DNA of 64,000 nucleotides, from the NCBI GenBank assembly GCA_018060545.1, contig JAGOVW010000002.1:141-64140 (forward strand). The letters are read 5' to 3'. Below, in pieces: positions 58,972-64,000 of the stretch. A program made the translations under genes and the position numbers. The first letter of the stretch is position 1. Each line of letters starts with the position of its first letter. The notes beneath the pieces were generated by a model, which saw only the letters and a program-made list of their open reading frames with translations, did no database searches and was not told the DNA's origin. Source of the stretch: Minisyncoccota bacterium. GTDB lineage: Bacteria; Patescibacteriota; Minisyncoccia; Phycocordibacterales; UBA2100.

Positions 58972-59292
58972 ATGGTGGTTGGGCAAAATCTGATGGACAG
59001 GATCGTTACGATCATCATTGATCCGCTGATTCTCCTCATATTCTCGGTAGGCTTCGTAGTATTCCTATGGGGCCTTGTCGAGTTTATGCGAGATGTGGAG
59101 TCGGAGAGTGCTCGTGAAAAAGGGAAGCAGCACATGCTCTGGGGGTTGGTGGGTATGTTTATCATGATTGCGGTACAAGGCATTCTTGCTATAGCGCTTG
59201 ATACGTTCGACATCAATCCGAATGACATGGGAAATGACACCGTCATTAATCGTTCAGGTGGCGGAGGAAACCCGTTTTTCAATGTAAAGTAA
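58972..59292 (+). CDS. VirB2/TrbC-like small two-TM protein (paralog 4, no signal peptide)
   Basis: Two TM helices. Start may be MDRIVTI. Confidence 0.45.
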   Translation: MVVGQNLMDRIVTIIIDPLILLIFSVGFVVFLWGLVEFMRDVESESAREKGKQHMLWGLVGMFIMIAVQGILAIALDTFDINPNDMGNDTVINRSGGGGNPFFNVK

Positions 59293-59322
59293 TGAATTGA
59301 GGAGGGTTATCGAAAGAGCCGA

Positions 59323-59551
59323 GAGCGAATGCTCCCGGCTCCGTCGTTTTGTGGGCGTTGACTTGGGGTCAAGTTGCTAACATTTTTGTTGCTCATCGCA
59401 CAAAAAAGTAAGCACTTCCTCCCCTAGCTCACTCGTTTTCTCCCTCGCATAGCTCGGGATTCATTCGAGTTCCGCTTTTCAAGTCTCCCTCTGCACCTAC
59501 AAAAACGACAGTCGCCGAGAGCTTACGCTCCCGGCTCCTTCGTTTTGTGGG
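59323..59551. repeat. About 40-bp direct repeats bracketing about 185 bp downstream of tRNA-Leu(TAG); the repeat covers the last tRNA nucleotides plus trailer, and an inverted tRNA 3' fragment lies inside
   Basis: gagccgagagcgaatgctcccggctccgtcgttttgtgggcg (about 59323-59364) matches gtcgccgagagcttacgctcccggctccttcgttttgtgggca (about 59508-59551). ttcaagtctccctctgcacc at about 59471-59490 is an inverted copy of the tRNA-Leu T-arm/acceptor. Confidence 0.7.
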
Positions 59552-59629
59552 CAGAGGGAGACTTGAACTCCCATGCCTTGCGGCGCCGCGTCCTAAGCGC
59601 GGTGCGTCTACCAATTTCGCCATCTGCCC
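59548..59629 (-). tRNA. tRNA-Leu (anticodon TAG), long variable arm
   Basis: gggcagatggcgaaattggtagacgcaccgcgctTAGgacgcggcgccgcaaggcatgggagttcaagtctccctctgccca. Confidence 0.8.
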
Positions 59630-59659
59630 AACGAGGGGAGTATACCGCGAGTCTGGTGA

Positions 59660-60060
59660 TTTGTCCGCCTGGGGTCATGCATTGAGCGAAAGTATGCTGG
59701 CCCGGTAAGGTTTGCCGCGTTGCGGGCCGGGCAATCCCTGCCGGAGTTGAGCCTGCCACCGCAGGTCGCTGTTTGTTGGACAGCTTTGCTGTCCGCCCGG
59801 TAGGAGTCTCTCCCACAAAATATCGCTGCAGCGATATTTAGCGTGCCGCCGTTTTCACCCCACGTTACTACGTGTGGGCCTGAAAACGCTTTCGAGTCCT
59901 ACGCGCAACATGCCCCCAGCATGTAGCTCGAGGGCACTCGCTGTGCTCGTGTCCGCCCGGTAAGGTATGTTGCTCCGCAAACCAGGCATACCTTGCCGGA
60001 AAAGTACCTGCCACCGCAGGTGCTGTGTATTCGGACAGCTTTGCTGTCCGCCCGGTAGGA
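59660..60060. repeat. Two units of about 110-145 bp downstream of tRNA-Lys, each ending in an identical 28-bp copy of the tRNA-Lys 3' end plus trailer hairpin (ggacagctttgctgtccgcccggtagga)
   Basis: The 28-mer occurs at about 59777-59804 and about 60033-60060 (the latter overlaps the real tRNA 3' end). Both units also share gcctgccaccgcaggt and gtccgcccggtaagg. Confidence 0.7.
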
Positions 60061-60119
60061 CTCGAACCTACGACCAAGTGCTTAAGAGGCACCTGCTCTA
60101 CCAACTGAGCTACGGGCGG
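60047..60119 (-). tRNA. tRNA-Lys (anticodon CTT)
   Basis: ccgcccgtagctcagttggtagagcaggtgcctCTTaagcacttggtcgtaggttcgagtcctaccgggcgga. Confidence 0.8.
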
Positions 60120-60221
60120 ATTGTTGGTGCGCACCCTAGGTTTGTACCTAGACCCTCGAAAACTGAATCCCGATGGATGTCGAATATTCTACCGCAAAAA
60201 TAGGAATACGGAAGGGTCTAA

Positions 60222-60243
60222 TCTGTGCCGGGAGTGGGACTCG
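60222..60243. repeat. 22-bp direct copy of the tRNA-Leu(TAA) 3' end plus trailer (tctgtgccgggagtgggactcg), about 175 bp downstream of the gene
   Basis: Identical to 60396-60417. Confidence 0.7.
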
Positions 60244-60399
60244 GTCAGGAATAATCTGATCGCCGTCGCAACCAGATTTTCACGACCCTGGCTCGCGGCC
60301 GCGCGTGCTCGCGCGGCATCGCTGTGCCTTTCGAGTCACACCCGCACCGTGCGCAGGCACGGTGCTTCGTAGCAGGCCTACTTTGTAAGTCTGTATCTG

Positions 60400-60480
60400 T
60401 GCCGGGAGTGGGACTCGAACCCACACGACTTTCGTCCGGGGATTTTAAGTCCCCTATGTCTACCATTCCATCATTCCGGC
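60400..60480 (-). tRNA. tRNA-Leu (anticodon TAA), long variable arm
   Basis: gccggaatgatggaatggtagacataggggactTAAaatccccggacgaaagtcgtgtgggttcgagtcccactcccggca. Confidence 0.75.
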
Positions 60481-60572
60481 GTGCTGACACTATAGCAAAT
60501 TGGATTTCGCATGGCAGTCACAGGAGCCCAATTTGCAACACCTGCACCTTCCAGCCATAATAGGCAGTGTTT

Positions 60573-60644
60573 GGCCTGGTGGTGAAGTGGTAACACCGGG
60601 GACTGCAAATCCTCTACGCGCGGGTTCGATTCCCGCCCAGGCCT
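60573..60644 (+). tRNA. tRNA-Cys (anticodon GCA)
   Basis: ggcctggtggtgaagtggtaacaccggggactGCAaatcctctacgcgcgggttcgattcccgcccaggcct. Confidence 0.8.
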
Positions 60645-60798
60645 CAGACTGGAGAGCAACGAGACTGCTCTCGTTGCGTCGGGAATCGAAGCCCGGAGCC
60701 ATGTGTGAGTTTGCGAAGCAAGTCGAACACCCTGCCCGACCGGCAGGCGGGGGCGAGGGTCGGTTCGAAGAAAAGTGCGGCAGCACTTTTACTGAGAA

Positions 60799-60840
60799 GA
60801 TTCCCGCCCAGGCCTCAGACTGGAGAGCAACGAGACTGCT
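60799..60840. repeat. 42-bp direct copy of the tRNA-Cys 3' end plus trailer (gattcccgcccaggcctcagactggagagcaacgagactgct), 171 bp downstream
   Basis: Identical to 60628-60669. Confidence 0.7.
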
Positions 60841-60847
60841 GCTATGG

Positions 60848-60875
60848 ATGTAAGGAGAGCCGCGCGATACATCGC
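60848..60875 (-). terminator. Intrinsic terminator (gagccgcgcga-taca-tcgcgcggctc)
   Basis: Downstream of the minus-strand gene 60897..61187. Confidence 0.5.
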
Positions 60876-60896
60876 GCGGCTCGGTCGTGCCGCATG

Positions 60897-61187
60897 TCAG
60901 TGCAGCACGGGGAATGGCTCGTTGAGAGTGATACAGATAACTTCGGGGTCTCGAGCCGGACGCAGGCTCTGGGCGATATCTTCGCCAGACCTGATTGCTT
61001 CCATCTGGCATGTCGTCACTGCTGCATCCTTGAACAGCAACGACGCGGCACGCCAATTCAGCGGCCCTTTCTTCAGAGGGCGTATGCGCTCGGTGTCGAG
61101 CACGTTTCGCACACGAAACTCACGAGTACCGTCCGGCCGCACGGTGCCCAGAACGACGACGCCTTCGATAGCGTTCAGTGAAGTCAT
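60897..61187 (-). CDS. Small hypothetical protein (96 aa) downstream of rbfA
   Basis: GGAGGA RBS 6 nt upstream of the ATG. Has its own terminator. Confidence 0.5.
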   Translation of the reverse strand: MTSLNAIEGVVVLGTVRPDGTREFRVRNVLDTERIRPLKKGPLNWRAASLLFKDAAVTTCQMEAIRSGEDIAQSLRPARDPEVICITLNEPFPVLH

Positions 61188-61240
61188 GCTGAATCCTCCA
61201 GTTGTAACTGGAAGGATTATACCATATTATAAAAAGAAAG

Positions 61241-61612
61241 CTAGTTTCTCCCTTCCTCTCGTGCGCGGTACTTCTGGCTGACACGCTCTACATCTTGGCG
61301 ATGCTTTTCTCCCGCATCAAGCATGAAATCAAATTGTGGGACGCGACGTAGGCGAACTTCCTTGGTGATCCAGCGCCTGAAATCGCCGCGTGTGCGCTTT
61401 AGAAAATGGAGTGCCTGCTCTTCCGCGCTCTCGGGGAGTACTGATACAAAAATTATCGCATTAGCACCATCGGGCGAGACATCGGTGTGGGTCACTGTTA
61501 TAAGCGACTGGCGATTTGACTCTTGTGAAATGAAGCGAGCTGCCGCGTGCGAAATTTCTTTCGCTGCTCCCTCTTTGCGGCCTTCGTTTGAGTATTGTTG
61601 CTGTTCGTCCAT
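61241..61612 (-). CDS. rbfA: Ribosome-binding factor A
   Basis: KH-like RbfA signature (...SLITVTHTDVSPDGANAIIFVSVLP). Immediately downstream of infB. Confidence 0.75.
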   Translation of the reverse strand: MDEQQQYSNEGRKEGAAKEISHAAARFISQESNRQSLITVTHTDVSPDGANAIIFVSVLPESAEEQALHFLKRTRGDFRRWITKEVRLRRVPQFDFMLDAGEKHRQDVERVSQKYRAREEGRN

Positions 61613-61616
61613 ACGG

Positions 61617-63119
61617 TTAGCGTTGTGACACGCGATATGTTTCTAGCACGTCACCACCCTCTGGCACAACATCGCATGCGATCTGTGCTCCGAACTCATC
61701 ACCGAACGTTACCTTGTCTACCTGTTGGCGAGCTGCCTGGAGTGCAACCACCTCACCGCTGGCCAATTTTTCCCCTTTGCGCATAAGGTGAAATTTTGCG
61801 CCTTTCGTGATGGTACCGGTTTCAACCTTGCCACCGACAATGTGCTCGTCGCGCTTGCTGCTGAAAAACTTTAAGAGCCGTGCCGCCCCAAGCACTTCCT
61901 GCACGTTCTCAAGCGGTTTTCGTTCCTTAATGAGAGCGGCAAGGTGTTCGGTAAGTTTGTAGATGATATCGAAATACTCTATGGTGATGCCGCTCTGGCG
62001 GGCCAGCTCTATCGCATTTCGATCTGCTGCAACCGTGAATGCTGCCACGACAGCACCTCCTTCGGGGCACGCTACCGCTGCTTTGATATCGCTCTCTGAA
62101 ATGGGGCCAAGACCTGTAGAGACAATCTTGTACCGGCTCTCGCTGGTGTTTATCTTCTCCACTTCGCCTACGATAGCCTCAAGTGATCCAGTCGTGTCAG
62201 CCTTGATGATGAGTGGAATGACAAAGCCACCTGTTTGCGCATCAAGCGCATGCGCATTCTCAAGAGCTGCGCGAGCATCGGACGCAGCTTCTTCGGCGTC
62301 TGCGCGCTTTTTGTAGCTAGCGAAAATTGACCCAACGGCCGGGAGTTCATTAAAGCCAAATACCTGAATGGGGGTGGAGAAGGTGGCCGTCTTAAGTGCC
62401 TTGCCCGCTTGGGATTCAAACAGGCGCAGTGGGGCACACGAGCTTCCTGCAACCACCGTCATGCCAGTTTGTACGCTGCCGTTGGTGATGATGAGTGTTG
62501 CGGCAATACCTCGCTTTTCGTCGCGGTGCGCTTCGATGACAAAACCTTCGCCTGGTGCATCTGGGTCAGCTTTAAGTTCGGCAAGTTCTGCAGAAATAAG
62601 TACGAGGTCGAGCAGTTCAGGGATGCCTGTACCATTCTTGGCTGAAATGGGCGCAAACGGTATGTCGCCCCCGAGTCCTTCCAAGTAAACCCCGTGTTCA
62701 AGCAGTGAATACTTCGTTCGTTCCACATCTGCATTTGGTTTATCAATCTTGTTGATGGCAACAATGAACGGTGTGCCACTGGCCTTGATGCTCTCCAGTG
62801 CCTCAAGTGTTTGCGCCTTCACGCCGTCATCAGCGGCAATCACGAGGATGGCAATGTCTGCCACGTTTGCACCTCGAGCTCGAATCGTTTTAAAGGCCGC
62901 GTGTCCTGGGGTATCAATGAAGGTGATTCGCTTTGTCTTGCCCTCATGCTCGCGTTCTACTTCGTACGCTGCTACGTGCTGGGTAATGCCACCGGCTTCG
63001 CCGGCAACCACATTACTTTTTCGGAGGAAGTCGAGCAGGGTAGATTTACCGTGATCCACGTGACCCATAACGACCACAATAGGCGGTCGCTCCACGAGAT
63101 TTGGTGTTTTTTGGGTCAT
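61617..63119 (-). CDS. infB: Translation initiation factor IF-2 (short form lacking N-terminal extension)
   Basis: G domain VVVMGHVDHGKSTLLD...EAGGITQHVAAY and IF-2 C-terminal domains. 500 aa. Confidence 0.9.
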   Translation of the reverse strand: MTQKTPNLVERPPIVVVMGHVDHGKSTLLDFLRKSNVVAGEAGGITQHVAAYEVEREHEGKTKRITFIDTPGHAAFKTIRARGANVADIAILVIAADDGVKAQTLEALESIKASGTPFIVAINKIDKPNADVERTKYSLLEHGVYLEGLGGDIPFAPISAKNGTGIPELLDLVLISAELAELKADPDAPGEGFVIEAHRDEKRGIAATLIITNGSVQTGMTVVAGSSCAPLRLFESQAGKALKTATFSTPIQVFGFNELPAVGSIFASYKKRADAEEAASDARAALENAHALDAQTGGFVIPLIIKADTTGSLEAIVGEVEKINTSESRYKIVSTGLGPISESDIKAAVACPEGGAVVAAFTVAADRNAIELARQSGITIEYFDIIYKLTEHLAALIKERKPLENVQEVLGAARLLKFFSSKRDEHIVGGKVETGTITKGAKFHLMRKGEKLASGEVVALQAARQQVDKVTFGDEFGAQIACDVVPEGGDVLETYRVSQR

Positions 63120-63278
63120 ACGCTGTCGGGGAAATGCAATTCATGCAACGGGCGCAGAGTACCATAGAAATAGGGGATAGGGAAGCGGGACGGAGTGTGC
63201 CCACGGATGAACCGCCAGTGGGTCTCGTTGGTCGCACAGAGTCTGGGAGGGAACCCTGCCCAGGGGGTCTGCGATCTC

Positions 63279-63755
63279 TTATGCGCATCGGGCTTTCGCC
63301 TCGGCAACTGCAGCTTGTTCTTCCTCGCTCAATTCGTGCTCCGAGGAGAAATGAACTACTGGTTTTGCGTACACACGGGTGTTATCGCGGGAGTGGATGC
63401 TTGAAAATACAACACCGTCGCCGTGCTCGTTCAATATGGCAGTGGCAAAGCTCTGGCGAGCACTCGTATTTCCAGCAAGTGCGTTGTAACGAATCGTGGA
63501 AATACCTCGAGCGCTCTGAGAAAGACGTTGCATCATTACGGAAAGCGTCTTCTCCAGCTCGGCGCGGTACGCGTTACGGTCCTCGTGTGTCGTGAGCACT
63601 TCTCGCATCGTGCGTTCCAAACTCTTACCATCGGCGCCTTGCATAAAGCGGCGCAGGCGCAACTCCAAACGTATCGTGAGGATAGCGAGGGCAATTAAGG
63701 CAACAAACAGGACAATAATCAGCGGTGCTGCGTATAGGGTGATGAGTGCTTGCAT
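63279..63755 (-). CDS. DUF4446-like membrane-anchored protein
   Basis: Start moved to MQALITLYAAPLIIVLF to avoid overlap with the divergent desulfurase gene. RYNALAGNTSARQSFATAILNEHGDGVVFSSIHSRDNTRVYAKPV resembles DUF4446. Confidence 0.4.
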   Translation of the reverse strand: MQALITLYAAPLIIVLFVALIALAILTIRLELRLRRFMQGADGKSLERTMREVLTTHEDRNAYRAELEKTLSVMMQRLSQSARGISTIRYNALAGNTSARQSFATAILNEHGDGVVFSSIHSRDNTRVYAKPVVHFSSEHELSEEEQAAVAEAKARCA

Positions 63756-63816
63756 CAATGCAGTATAGACCCACTTTTGTTTTGCCAAACTGTGCATAGC
63801 TGTGCACAATGCAGTC

Positions 63817-64000
63817 ATGTGGCCATTTTCTTCCCCGTCTAGGGCACGTGAGCGCCTCTACTTTGACTATGCAGCAGCAACGCCGCTGCATATAGAGGCA
63901 AGAAAGGCCATGGATGGTGCGACGCATCTTTTTGGAAACCCCGGTTCCATACATCGTGATGGCATGATGGCAGAAGAGGCTCTTGATACCGCGCGCAAAA
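63817..64000 (+). CDS. Partial CDS (runs off window end): cysteine desulfurase / class V aminotransferase (IscS/NifS-like) N-terminus
   Basis: MWPFSSPSRARERLYFDYAAATPLHIEARKAMDGATHLFGNPGSIHRDGMMAEEALDTARK is a typical IscS/NifS N-terminus. Confidence 0.6.
   Translation, partial: MWPFSSPSRARERLYFDYAAATPLHIEARKAMDGATHLFGNPGSIHRDGMMAEEALDTARK

Noticed and set aside
59429-60203. ORFs 59429..59623, 59523..59816, 59868..60134 and 59967..60203 over the tRNA cluster
   Set aside because: They overlap tRNA-Leu and tRNA-Lys and their 3'-end copies (recurrent TGRTAKLS / PAVAG strings). They are translation of tRNA DNA.

Overview
This 64-kb chromosomal window comes from a bacterium with a streamlined gene set. 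Short IF-2 and S1, four tandem VirB2/TrbC-like two-TM 'pilin' genes and weak Shine-Dalgarno usage suggest a Patescibacteria/CPR-like or similarly reduced lineage, although GC looks moderately high.

Most genes are housekeeping: tsaD, gyrA, infB-rbfA, ftsA-ftsZ, ybeY-rpsU, a hisS-like gene, lepB, pth, rpsA and trxB. There are also three non-core loci:
- a copper-handling locus (multicopper oxidase plus cupredoxin-like and Met-rich proteins);
- a cluster of small stress/redox enzymes;
- a cell-envelope cluster: a giant alpha-2-macroglobulin convergent with PBP1C, a PG-binding/PKD protein, an orphan FabB, and a Gly/Asp plus Tyr-repeat membrane protein.

Seven tRNA genes are present: Val, Ser, Glu, Leu-TAG, Lys, Leu-TAA and Cys. 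Five of the seven tRNAs (Leu-TAG, Lys, Leu-TAA, Cys and, more weakly, Glu) are followed, about 170-290 bp downstream, by a partial copy of their own 3' end plus trailer. tRNA-Val has a 660-bp array of palindromic elements built from its 3' end; tRNA-Ser instead has a copy of its 5' end about 100 bp upstream and a displaced, inverted 3' fragment 2.6 kb away.

The best candidate for a novel system is a divergent gene pair in an AT-richer, tRNA-associated island (about 17.3-20.8 kb). One gene encodes a proteasome-beta/HslV-like Ntn protease with Thr1, Asp17, Lys33 and a D-x-S-x-G-G motif, interrupted by a roughly 250-aa insertion. The other encodes a 421-aa protein with a C-terminal Rx4H HEPN-like motif. 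A displaced, inverted tRNA-Ser 3' fragment sits immediately upstream of the HEPN-like gene.

Coordinates for CDSs follow the supplied ORF track, with some starts re-chosen. Hand-placed RNA, repeat and terminator coordinates may be off by 1-2 nt.
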